From: Nitrosopumilus sp.
Lineage (GTDB): Archaea > Thermoproteota > Nitrososphaeria > Nitrososphaerales > Nitrosopumilaceae
DNA length: 64,000 nt
Direction: 5' to 3'
Assembly: GCA_965204345.1 (NCBI GenBank)
Contig: OZ241981.1
Coordinates: 1,248,001-1,312,000, forward strand
The notes under the pieces are model-generated. The model was not told the DNA's origin, searched no databases, and worked only from the letters and a program-made list of their open reading frames with translations. The position numbers and the translations under genes were made by a program. Position 1 is the stretch's first letter. Each line of letters begins with the position of its first letter. This document shows, one piece after another, positions 49,590-58,807 of the stretch.

Positions 49590-50132
49590 TCAGAAATCGA
49601 TCCCTTTCTTTGCCTTAATACCCTTCTGAAACGGATGTTTTATTTCTCTCATTTCAGTTACTAGATCTGCAATTTCAATAATCTCATCCTTGGCATAATT
49701 ACCTGTCAGTACTAAATCAACCTCTTTTGGTTTTGATTTGATTATACTTAGAACATCACTGACTGAAATCAAATTCAGATTTACTGCATAGTTTATCTCA
49801 TCTAAAATAACAATATCGTATCTTCCCGATTGAATTTTTTCATTACTAATCCTGATTGCCTCTTTAGCTACTTGTTTATGATCCTCCCTTGAACTTTTGT
49901 CATCAATTATTCCAACAAATCCCTTTCCAACTGCAACCATTTCAAACTCTGGTTTGAGTCTTTTAGATGAATCCATCTCACCATAATGCCATGAACCTTT
50001 GATAAATTGAATCATGCAGGTTTTCTTTTCATATCCTGTTGCACGTAACGCAATCCCCAAAGCTGCAGTTGTTTTACCTTTACCTTTACCGGTATAAACA
50101 ATGGTTAATCCTTCTTTTTCCACAAATAACAT
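49590..50132 (-). CDS. cobO: cob(I)alamin adenosyltransferase (CobO/BtuR)
   Basis: TGKGKGKTTAA, QFIKG, LDE, KHPF..G....GIDF. Confidence 0.95.
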   Translation of the reverse strand: MLFVEKEGLTIVYTGKGKGKTTAALGIALRATGYEKKTCMIQFIKGSWHYGEMDSSKRLKPEFEMVAVGKGFVGIIDDKSSREDHKQVAKEAIRISNEKIQSGRYDIVILDEINYAVNLNLISVSDVLSIIKSKPKEVDLVLTGNYAKDEIIEIADLVTEMREIKHPFQKGIKAKKGIDF

Positions 50133-50205
50133 CCAATGGTTCTCACTAAAAACATTGAGGATTTTTAAAAATCTATCAATTTAAATAAAAAAAACAGCTC
50201 TACTC

Positions 50206-51570
50206 ATGCAATTGAGAATTCCCAGAATTGTAATTGCAAGTGCTACTAGCGGAGCAGGAAAGACATCAATTACCTGCTCAATCATTTATGGCCTACAAAA
50301 AAAGGGTTTTACTGTCCAACCATTTAAGGTTGGACCTGATTATATAGATCCGGGCTACCTGTCAAGTATTTCAAAACATGAAACATACAACTTGGATGCC
50401 TGGCTAATGGGCGAGAGTCAGCTCTTCAATAGCTTCCTTTCAAGTTCAAAATCTAACATCTCTATTATAGAGGGCGTCATGGGATATTATGACGGATTTG
50501 GAGGGGATTCAAACTATGCAAGCACCCATCATGTGGCAACGCTAACCAAATCCCATGTGATTTTGGTTCTAGATGCAAGTAAGACTTCACGTTCTATTGC
50601 CGCAACTGCCTTGGGTTTTTTAAAATTTCATAGAAACTCTCGCATATCTGGAATAATTCTCAACAAAATAGCAAGTAAGAAACACGAACTTTTGTGCAGA
50701 GATGCTCTGAAAAGAACCAAAATCCCGATTGTCGGCGTCATTCCAAAAAATCCCTTGCTGAGTATGCCATCTAGGCATCTGGGATTGGTTTCAACCTTGG
50801 AGGGCAAAGTTCTTAAAAAACAAGTCAAAAAAATATCTAAAATTATTTCAGAAAATATTGATATCAGTCAAGTTATAAAAATTGCAAAAAATTCTTCTGA
50901 TCTTCCTCGACAGTCCAAACCTGTACGCAAGAAAGCAAAAAAAGTCACCATCGCTGTTGCACTTGATACTTCGTTTAATTTCTACTATCAGGATAATCTA
51001 AAAGCATTACGCCGTGAGGGCGCAAATTTAAAATTTTTTAGTCCAACAAGGGATAAAAAAATTCCAAAATGTGACGGTCTTTACATCGGTGGCGGATTTC
51101 CCGAAGTTTTAGGCGGTTCTCTTGAAAAAAACCAAGTCATGAAAAAATCAATAAAAAAATTATCTGAGAGCAGCCTTCCCATTTATGCTGAGTGTGGAGG
51201 ATTAATGTACTTGACAAAATCCATTTCATCTGAAAATAAAAAATACAAAATGACTGGGATCTTTGACGCTGAAACGAAAATGACCAAGAAAATGAAATTA
51301 AACTATACAAGGGGCAGGATTATCTCAAAAAATCCAATTGCAGAAAAATTACACAGCTTTCAGGGACACGAGTTTCATTATTCCCGTCTGGATTCTGTTT
51401 CGTCGGATTCAAAGTTTGCATATGACTTGGAAATAGGTCAGGGAATCAAGAAGTATCAGGACGGACTAATTCAAGATAATACTCTGGCATCCTATGGTCA
51501 TTTGTATTTTGATAGTTCAGACTATGCAGAAATTTTTGTCAAAAACTGTGCAAAATTCTCAAGGCGATGA
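50206..51570 (+). CDS. cbiA: cobyrinate a,c-diamide synthase
   Basis: SGAGKT, KVGPDYID, EGVMG, RHLGL, AECGG, GHEFHY. Confidence 0.95.
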   Translation: MQLRIPRIVIASATSGAGKTSITCSIIYGLQKKGFTVQPFKVGPDYIDPGYLSSISKHETYNLDAWLMGESQLFNSFLSSSKSNISIIEGVMGYYDGFGGDSNYASTHHVATLTKSHVILVLDASKTSRSIAATALGFLKFHRNSRISGIILNKIASKKHELLCRDALKRTKIPIVGVIPKNPLLSMPSRHLGLVSTLEGKVLKKQVKKISKIISENIDISQVIKIAKNSSDLPRQSKPVRKKAKKVTIAVALDTSFNFYYQDNLKALRREGANLKFFSPTRDKKIPKCDGLYIGGGFPEVLGGSLEKNQVMKKSIKKLSESSLPIYAECGGLMYLTKSISSENKKYKMTGIFDAETKMTKKMKLNYTRGRIISKNPIAEKLHSFQGHEFHYSRLDSVSSDSKFAYDLEIGQGIKKYQDGLIQDNTLASYGHLYFDSSDYAEIFVKNCAKFSRR

Positions 51571-52200
51571 TTCTGCCCTGATAAGCTTGAAAATTGCATT
51601 AATTGCAGCAGAAACTGTAGAACTTCCTCCCTTTCTGCCAATATTTGTGATAAATGGGGTTTCTTTTAGACTTGCCAACTCTTCTTTTGATTCAGCAGCA
51701 CAAATGAATCCAACTGGGATTCCAATTATTAAGGCAGGTTTTACTATGCCTTCTTTGACCATCTGAACTACTTCCTGAAGAGCAGTAGGGGCATTACCTA
51801 TTGCCACAACACCTCCGTCAATATCTGAAACTGCCGCTCTCATAGATACTTGAGAGCGTGTCTTGCCTTCTTTTTTTGCCAATTCCATGACTTTTGGTTT
51901 TGAAATATTACAAATTACATCATTTCCAAAATCCTTTGGATTCTGCTTGTTCATTCCTCCAATTACTCCATTAACATCAACTACTATGCTACAACCGTTT
52001 TTCAAAGCTTCCATACCGCTCTTGATTGCATCTTTGTGAAAGATTAACTTATTTTTATTTGCAAAATCAAAATCTGCCGTTGAATGAATAATTCTCCTAA
52101 CGACAGGCCATTCTTTTTCATTGAACTGATGTAATCCTATCTCATCTTCAATCATCTGTATACTTGCGTCTTCAATTGATTGACCTTTCCTAGTTTGCAT
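51559..52200 (-). CDS. cbiC: cobalt-precorrin-8 methylmutase
   Basis: RIIHSTAD, IGNAPTAL, PVGF, GRKGGS. Confidence 0.95.
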   Translation of the reverse strand: MQTRKGQSIEDASIQMIEDEIGLHQFNEKEWPVVRRIIHSTADFDFANKNKLIFHKDAIKSGMEALKNGCSIVVDVNGVIGGMNKQNPKDFGNDVICNISKPKVMELAKKEGKTRSQVSMRAAVSDIDGGVVAIGNAPTALQEVVQMVKEGIVKPALIIGIPVGFICAAESKEELASLKETPFITNIGRKGGSSTVSAAINAIFKLIRAESSP

Positions 52201-52942
52201 CCTCTACCTCTTTTGCCCTCTCTAATATCAAATCAATCATCTTTTGATCAGTTCCTATATGCTTTGTGATGTATGTATTTTTAATGGTGGATTTTTCAAT
52301 TGCAGGAATCAAGTCATTATTAATGTCAGTTTTAACATGTGCACCTTCATGAAGAAAATAAAACACGATTATCAATATCTTGGGATTGTCTTTCTCACAT
52401 TTTTTAATTCCTTCAAAAATATCAGGCTGTTCTATTTCCAACCAACATCTACTAACATTTCTGTACGAGTCTGTCAGCTCATTTACAATGTAATCCAATG
52501 ATCTCTGTGCATTTGGATCCTTACTTCCATGTCCAATGATCATCACATCTATTTCATTATTTGAAAGCGTGATTCTATTCTCTTTTAGTGTCGTAGATAT
52601 TCTGTTTTCAACAACATCTACCAAAGTTTTATGCATGCTCATCTGCTTTGTAACTACAAATTTCACCTTGGTATCTTTTTGATATTTCATTACTTCTGTG
52701 ACTGCGTTTTTTACTTTTTTACCCGGATACAGAAAATAGGGAACTATAGTTAGGGAGTCGATATCCTGATTTAGACACTTGGGAATCCCATCTTCAATAT
52801 ATGGAGGTTCAACCTCTAGAAAACAAAAATCTGTAAAAACATAATCCCCCTTTGCCTGGATTCCTTGGCAAATTACGTCTAATTCCTCAGACGCTTCTCT
52901 TTCTCTACTTCCTCTGTCAATTAGCAGTAATCCTCGTTTCAA
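52190..52942 (-). CDS. cbiX: sirohydrochlorin cobaltochelatase (long CbiX)
   Basis: two CbiX repeats; GHGS, FLHEGAHV. Confidence 0.9.
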   Translation of the reverse strand: MKRGLLLIDRGSREREASEELDVICQGIQAKGDYVFTDFCFLEVEPPYIEDGIPKCLNQDIDSLTIVPYFLYPGKKVKNAVTEVMKYQKDTKVKFVVTKQMSMHKTLVDVVENRISTTLKENRITLSNNEIDVMIIGHGSKDPNAQRSLDYIVNELTDSYRNVSRCWLEIEQPDIFEGIKKCEKDNPKILIIVFYFLHEGAHVKTDINNDLIPAIEKSTIKNTYITKHIGTDQKMIDLILERAKEVEDAN

Positions 52943-53997
52943 TTCACAATCCTCGCTATAGCTATGGTCAAATTTGGCGGGAATTTCTGCTTTTCTACTA
53001 TTAGTTGGCCTCCGGATATCTTGATGGCAGCAGCTTCTGAAACACTTGCAGTTCCTTCAAATGCCTTTACTGTTTCAGAAGGATTTGGAGCGGAAATCTC
53101 TGCCAGATCTTCTCTGTTTACATATTCTACTGGAATTTTCATTTCTTTTCCAAGATCTATTAGCCCTTGCACATCTTCAGGTTTTTTTATTGATACCAAC
53201 TTTGTAATTGACTTTGAACTTAGTCTGAATTTCTCTAGGCAAAATTCAATCCCTTCTCTAATGGTCTCTTTTGTAGTATCCCAATGCAATCCAATCCCAA
53301 TAACCAAACTTGGCGGACGGTAAATTACAGATTTCTTGCCTGTTTCATCATCAATCAGCTTGTCAGAAATTATAAGATGAGCTCTTGAATTTGATTTTTT
53401 TAATTCTTCCATGGTCTTATAATTTACAACGTTTTTTGGTAATTTTTTATACCAATTTTTTTCCCCCGCTTCTTGAAATATGCCTATTGGCTCTTCATTT
53501 ACCATGTGTGCACTAATTTCTGTTATAGTGGAGTCATCCTCAATTTTCCACCCAAATTCTCTTCCTACAAGGTCAACTGCAATTGTTTTATTTACATCAG
53601 CTGCTGTTGTAATTACCGATAAAGCTCCTATTTTTTCTGCAATTTCCTCAGCAAGTTCATTTGCTCCCCCTATATGTCCAGACAAGACACTAATTACAAA
53701 ATTTGATTTGTCATCAATAACGATTACTGCCGGATCTGTTTTTTTATCTTTTAGATATGGAGCAATCAGTCTAATTACTGCACCTAATGAAAAAATACAG
53801 ATTAATGCATTGTTATTTTTGAAAAGTTCAATAATCTTCTCTGTTGTAGGCTCAGAATACCACGTAATTCCTGCTACTTGAGTTGTTAATTTTGAGGGAG
53901 CAAACACCTTCCAATCCGGAAATAATTTTTTTAGATTTTTTCCAATATTTACCCCGTTTTTAGTAATAGCTAAAACTGAAATTTTTTCCATAATCAA
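52939..53997 (-). CDS. cbiG: cobalt-precorrin-5A hydrolase
   Basis: KKTDPAV, SGHIGGAN, ITTA, SVSEAAA. Confidence 0.94.
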   Translation of the reverse strand: MIMEKISVLAITKNGVNIGKNLKKLFPDWKVFAPSKLTTQVAGITWYSEPTTEKIIELFKNNNALICIFSLGAVIRLIAPYLKDKKTDPAVIVIDDKSNFVISVLSGHIGGANELAEEIAEKIGALSVITTAADVNKTIAVDLVGREFGWKIEDDSTITEISAHMVNEEPIGIFQEAGEKNWYKKLPKNVVNYKTMEELKKSNSRAHLIISDKLIDDETGKKSVIYRPPSLVIGIGLHWDTTKETIREGIEFCLEKFRLSSKSITKLVSIKKPEDVQGLIDLGKEMKIPVEYVNREDLAEISAPNPSETVKAFEGTASVSEAAAIKISGGQLIVEKQKFPPNLTIAIARIVN

Positions 53998-54022
53998 AAT
54001 TTTCTAACTTTAATAAAATACC

Positions 54023-55126
54023 TTACTGTTCAGATTTTCTCGCCAAAATATTCCCTTTAAAATCAAACAATATTACATCAATTGAAACCTTTTCTTCAGA
54101 ATGTTTTCTCATATGTTTATATGTCTCACTAGAAATTAAATCAAAAAAACCCTCAATTCTATTCTCTTGAATAATTTCCAAAACATGCCTGGCCGTATTT
54201 GCTTTTTTAATACTTTTAATTACATCTTCATTAGCATTACATTTTCTTGCCAATTCTGCTAGAAAACCCATATCCACTTTAGATCCTTTAACATGAGTTT
54301 GTTTTACCCCTGCTGCCATCTTTGCCAGCTTTCCAATGAAACCAACAACATATGCGCCCCTGATATCTTTTCTGCCACATTGTTGAATTGCATATCCTGA
54401 AAAATCACCTATCTGTACAAAACAGTGCTCTGGCAAATCTATCATCTTTTTTGCAAAATCTTCACTTCTTCCACCGGTTGTAAGTACTACTGTATCATTA
54501 CCAGATGCAACTGATACATCCAAATTCTGCCTGATTGATGCTGCATATGCTGCCGTAGAAAATGGAATAACGATTCCACTAGTTCCTAAAATAGAAATCC
54601 CATTTACAATTCCCAACCTTGGATTGTCTGTTTTAGGTCCTAGCTCCTTGCCCTTGGGCACTGAAATGATTATTTTGATTCCTTTTTCTAAAAGAATTCT
54701 GCCCCCTACCTCTCTCAGATTTTCAATAATCATATTTTTAGGAACCGGATTTATGGCAGGTTTGTTGATTTCCAAACCTAATCCCGGCTTGGTTACTATT
54801 CCTACTCCCTTGCCTCCATCAATCTCAATCTCATTTATTTTTTCGGTAAATAACAATTCCACAATAACTTCCGCGCCATGAGTGACATCCGGATCGTCGC
54901 CTCCATCTTTAATCACCGAACATTTTGCTTTGTCCAGTTCAAATTTACACGAATAAATTGGAATTTGAATATAGGATCTTTTTGGTAATAAAATATCCAC
55001 ATTCTCTATTTTTTCCTGATTGATTATTGATAATAAAGCAGCTTTTGCAGCTGCTGTAGCAGAACTTCCTGTAGTGTATCCTGTCTTCAGTTTTGTTTCT
55101 TCTTCTTTCACATTAACTATGTTCAT
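54023..55126 (-). CDS. cbiD: cobalt-precorrin-5B C1-methyltransferase
   Basis: GYTTG, KDGGDDPDVTHG, AINPVP, GISILGTSG. Confidence 0.95.
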   Translation of the reverse strand: MNIVNVKEEETKLKTGYTTGSSATAAAKAALLSIINQEKIENVDILLPKRSYIQIPIYSCKFELDKAKCSVIKDGGDDPDVTHGAEVIVELLFTEKINEIEIDGGKGVGIVTKPGLGLEINKPAINPVPKNMIIENLREVGGRILLEKGIKIIISVPKGKELGPKTDNPRLGIVNGISILGTSGIVIPFSTAAYAASIRQNLDVSVASGNDTVVLTTGGRSEDFAKKMIDLPEHCFVQIGDFSGYAIQQCGRKDIRGAYVVGFIGKLAKMAAGVKQTHVKGSKVDMGFLAELARKCNANEDVIKSIKKANTARHVLEIIQENRIEGFFDLISSETYKHMRKHSEEKVSIDVILFDFKGNILARKSEQ

Positions 55127-55205
55127 TTTGCAGTATTAACTCTTATTTCATAATTTTTCAAAATAACTCAAATAGATTTAAAATTAAAACAAACTTGGTT
55201 ATATT

Positions 55206-56075
55206 ATGGCTAAATCCCCAAAGATTGTTGTTACTGGTGCTAGTGGTTTTATTGCAAGGAATCTTCGAAAATATCTATCAGAAAAAAATGTTGAGCTAGT
55301 TTCAATATCTAGAAAAGATTTTAAGAATTTTGAATATGAAACCAAAATTATCTCAAAAAATTATAAAGAAAAAATTATACCTAAAAAAATTCAAAACTCA
55401 GATGCCATAATCCATCTCATTGGAATAGGAAAACAATCTGTGGATACTGACTATGATATGATAAATACTAATTTAACAAAACATATTGTAAGCCTAAGTA
55501 AGAAAGCCAGAATAAAAAAAATCGTTTTTTTGAGCGGCTTGGGCGTATCTTCCAATACGTCTTTAGGGTATTTTATTTCAAAATATAATGCAGAAAAACA
55601 AATTATTAATTCTAGATTAGACTTTACAATTTTTAGACCGTCATACATTGTTGGAAATGATGATTTGTTGTCCAAAATTCTAAAAAAACAAATCAAGTCC
55701 GGGGAAATTATAATTCCGGGTTCTGGAAACTATTCCATTCAGCCAATTCACATATCTGACGTTGTAAAAATTCTCTTTGAATCTGTACTACAACACAGAT
55801 TTAAAAATAAAACTATTGATCTTGTTGGGCCTGATCATGTAACTTTTGAAAAATATGTCAAACTTTTTTCAAAGGGAAAAAAAATCAAAATTAAAAGAAT
55901 CAATCTTGAGGATGCATATCATAATGCAATAACAAGTCCAAAGTCTGATTTTGGAATTGACGATCTTAATATTCTAATTGGTAATTTTAAAGGAAATTAC
56001 AAAAGATTGTCTAAAATATCCAAAATTAATTTTCAATCTGTCTTAGAATTATTACAGTCCGACAGATTGCTTTAA
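55206..56075 (+). CDS. NAD-dependent epimerase / atypical SDR
   Basis: [17 protein letters not shown]. Confidence 0.85.
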   Translation: MAKSPKIVVTGASGFIARNLRKYLSEKNVELVSISRKDFKNFEYETKIISKNYKEKIIPKKIQNSDAIIHLIGIGKQSVDTDYDMINTNLTKHIVSLSKKARIKKIVFLSGLGVSSNTSLGYFISKYNAEKQIINSRLDFTIFRPSYIVGNDDLLSKILKKQIKSGEIIIPGSGNYSIQPIHISDVVKILFESVLQHRFKNKTIDLVGPDHVTFEKYVKLFSKGKKIKIKRINLEDAYHNAITSPKSDFGIDDLNILIGNFKGNYKRLSKISKINFQSVLELLQSDRLL

Positions 56076-57218
56076 TGTTTCAGATTTGTCTGTTTTTTCC
56101 CAAGTAAACTCGGGCTCATTTCTTCCAAAATGGCCATAGGCTGCCGTTTTTTTGTATATTGGCCTCTTTAAATCAAGTTGTGCAATAATTCCAGACGGTT
56201 TCATATCAAAGTTTTTCCTAACTAAATCTTCAATTTGGTTTTCTGGAATTTTGTTTGTTCCAAATGTATTAACATAAAGTGATACTGGTTCTGCCACTCC
56301 AATTGCATATGCAAGTTGTACCTCACATCTGTCAGCTAATTTTGCAGCAACCAAATTTTTCGCAATATATCTACACATGTAACAGGCTGATCTGTCTACT
56401 TTGGACGGATCTTTTCCTGAAAAGGCTCCTCCTCCATGTCTTCCGAATCCACCATAGCTATCAACAATGATCTTTCTTCCAGTCAACCCTGCATCTCCAT
56501 GCGGACCGCCAATCACAAATTTACCTGTGGGGTTTATGTGAATTTTAATATCCTCATTCCAATGGTTTCCTAAGATTGGCTTGATTACCTTATCGATAAT
56601 CTCCCTTGAAATTTCACCCTGAGAAATATTTGGAGCATGTTGTGTTGATATGACTATTGTTTCAATCCTGGTTGGCTTGTTATCTTCGTATCGTACGGAT
56701 ACCTGAGATTTTCCATCTGGTCTAACCCATGGCAAAGACTGGTCTCTTCTTACCTGAGATAATTTCTGAATCAATTTATGTGCAAATAAAATTGGCATTG
56801 GCATTAATTCTTCAGTTTCATTTGTTGCATAACCAAACATTAAGCCCTGATCACCTGCTCCTTGCTCCTTGCTTTCAGTAGCGGTAACCCCCTGACTGAT
56901 GTCTGGGCTTTGTGAATGAAGTTTTAAATCAACCTTACACGTATCGCCATCAAACATCAAATCTTTATTATTATACCCAATTTCTCTTATTGTTTTTCTC
57001 ACTAATTCTTCTTGAGCCGTTTGGTCAAAAGCTGCATTTGATGTGACTTCTCCTGATACTATTACATAATCTGTTGTAACCATTGTTTCAACTGCAACTC
57101 TGGAATTTGGATCCTGTCTAAGATATTCGTCTAAAAATGCATCAGAAATATTATCACATACTTTGTCTGGATGTCCTTCTGTTACTGACTCTGAAGTAAA
57201 TAGAAAATTATTGCCCAT
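56052..57218 (-). CDS. metK: methionine adenosyltransferase (bacterial/eukaryotic type)
   Basis: [26 protein letters not shown]. Confidence 0.97.
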   Translation of the reverse strand: MGNNFLFTSESVTEGHPDKVCDNISDAFLDEYLRQDPNSRVAVETMVTTDYVIVSGEVTSNAAFDQTAQEELVRKTIREIGYNNKDLMFDGDTCKVDLKLHSQSPDISQGVTATESKEQGAGDQGLMFGYATNETEELMPMPILFAHKLIQKLSQVRRDQSLPWVRPDGKSQVSVRYEDNKPTRIETIVISTQHAPNISQGEISREIIDKVIKPILGNHWNEDIKIHINPTGKFVIGGPHGDAGLTGRKIIVDSYGGFGRHGGGAFSGKDPSKVDRSACYMCRYIAKNLVAAKLADRCEVQLAYAIGVAEPVSLYVNTFGTNKIPENQIEDLVRKNFDMKPSGIIAQLDLKRPIYKKTAAYGHFGRNEPEFTWEKTDKSETLKQSVGL

Positions 57219-57235
57219 AAAACCGCACCACTAAA

Positions 57236-57484
57236 CTAGAGTTCATTTTCTAGTTTGATAAATAATACATTATTTCCTCTTACGATAACCCTACCGTAAT
57301 TGGCAATTGTTTTACCATCATGAATCTCTTCGGCATCAGTCATAATCAAATTCATATAGGAATCGACATTATCCATCTTTCCTTTGTATTCAATTTCATT
57401 TTTCAGTCTTACAGTAACTTTCTTCTTGGTACTTTTTTGAAGAGTTGTTAGAGGTCTTTTTGCACTATTTGATTGGGACACCAA
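57236..57484 (-). CDS. Sm-like (Lsm) RNA-binding protein
   Basis: DSYMNL, VRGNNV. Confidence 0.93.
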   Translation of the reverse strand: MVSQSNSAKRPLTTLQKSTKKKVTVRLKNEIEYKGKMDNVDSYMNLIMTDAEEIHDGKTIANYGRVIVRGNNVLFIKLENEL

Positions 57485-57588
57485 TTGTTCACTTGTTTTG
57501 CAACTTTGTTATCTAGCATAAAAGCCTTGCCTCTTTTCTAAATATTGAAATTCCTTAAATTTTTTCTTCTTTTTCTAATAATATACAA

Positions 57589-58251
57589 ATGATCTCTACT
57601 GGATTACAAAAATTAGACAAATTCTTGTCTGGGGGAATACCTCATAGTGTAATTGTAGATATTTTTGGTGGAAATGGAACTGGAAAGACGCTTCTCTTAC
57701 TGCAGTTGTTAATAAATTCAATAAAAGATGGTGGCGGAAATGTTTTGTATTTGGATACAACCGGAGGATTTAGACCAGAACGAATTTTAGAAATTCAAAA
57801 AGAATCTCAAATTGAAATTAACTTACTTGAAAAAATAACAGTATCTCGGATTACAAACACCTCAGAGCAAATCCAATCAATTAGCAATATAGAAGAAAAG
57901 AATTTTTCATTAATAGTAATTGATAATATCACTGATTTATTTTCATACGAGTATCAGAGAGACGAATTAGCTTTTGAAAAAAATTTAATATTTATGAAGT
58001 ATATGCATCGATTGGCAAATTTAGCAATCACAAAAAAAATTCCCATCATTATTACTAATATGATTCGGACAAGAGACGGTAATGAAGTTGAAAACATGCA
58101 AAATGCTATTGATCCCTTTACTCATATCAAAATTCATCTTTTTAGAAATTCATCCAAATTCCACGGTGAGATCTATTGGGCATTAGAAAAAGAATTTTTT
58201 AGTTATACTATTACCAAGCTTGGTCTTTCTGATAATCCTGAAGATTTTTAA
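57589..58251 (+). CDS. RadA paralogue (RadB-like ATPase)
   Basis: STG...LD..L.GG, GGNGTGKT, YLDTTGGFRPER; lacks the RadA N-terminal domain. Confidence 0.85.
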   Translation: MISTGLQKLDKFLSGGIPHSVIVDIFGGNGTGKTLLLLQLLINSIKDGGGNVLYLDTTGGFRPERILEIQKESQIEINLLEKITVSRITNTSEQIQSISNIEEKNFSLIVIDNITDLFSYEYQRDELAFEKNLIFMKYMHRLANLAITKKIPIIITNMIRTRDGNEVENMQNAIDPFTHIKIHLFRNSSKFHGEIYWALEKEFFSYTITKLGLSDNPEDF

Positions 58252-58273
58252 TGGTCTACTATTAGGTTAAACA

Positions 58274-58393
58274 ATGGCAGGAATTTTTGATTCAATACCA
58301 ATTATCACTGTTGTTTTGTTTGCATTAGGACTAGTCGGTGTAATTGTTTATGAAAGATCACGATCAAATAATTCAGTCAAATCAACGTCTTAG
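58274..58393 (+). CDS. 39 aa single-TM microprotein (not in ORF track)
   Basis: MAGIFDSIPIITVVLFALGLVGVIVYERSRS...; TTTTAAT about 25 nt upstream. Confidence 0.6.
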   Translation: MAGIFDSIPIITVVLFALGLVGVIVYERSRSNNSVKSTS

Positions 58394-58522
58394 TTCTCTG
58401 GTTGGTAAGTTAATTGGATTTTCTAAACTAACTGAGATTCAGAAAAAAGCATCCCCGATAATTTTACAAAAAAAGACGGTGTGGGTTGGCAAATTTTGGT
58501 GATCCATGCCACAAATCACAGA

Positions 58523-58723
58523 TTAGGAAATCCCTGAATTGGGCTTTGATGAATCATGCTTGTAAATCCAATCCATTTTGTAAATCTGATCCTGCAGGGG
58601 ATTTTTGGTGATCAGATCATTGTTTTGCGCAGAATCTGGCGGTTCAACTCGAGAACAGGATTCCCAGTCATGTTCAATCCGCTCTTCCCGACAAACCTCG
58701 CATACAGAAAATGAAGAAAACAC
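58523..58723 (-). CDS. doubtful small ORF or gene remnant
   Basis: GTG start, CEVC motif, lies in a GC-richer gap; no family recognised. Confidence 0.25.
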   Translation of the reverse strand: MFSSFSVCEVCREERIEHDWESCSRVEPPDSAQNNDLITKNPLQDQIYKMDWIYKHDSSKPNSGIS

Positions 58724-58807
58724 AGCTAAACTGGAACTGTTAGAACTGCAATTTCAAATAAAAAAAGAGGTGGCTTGTTGATTTCCAAGAAACAACTCTT
58801 TGCATCC

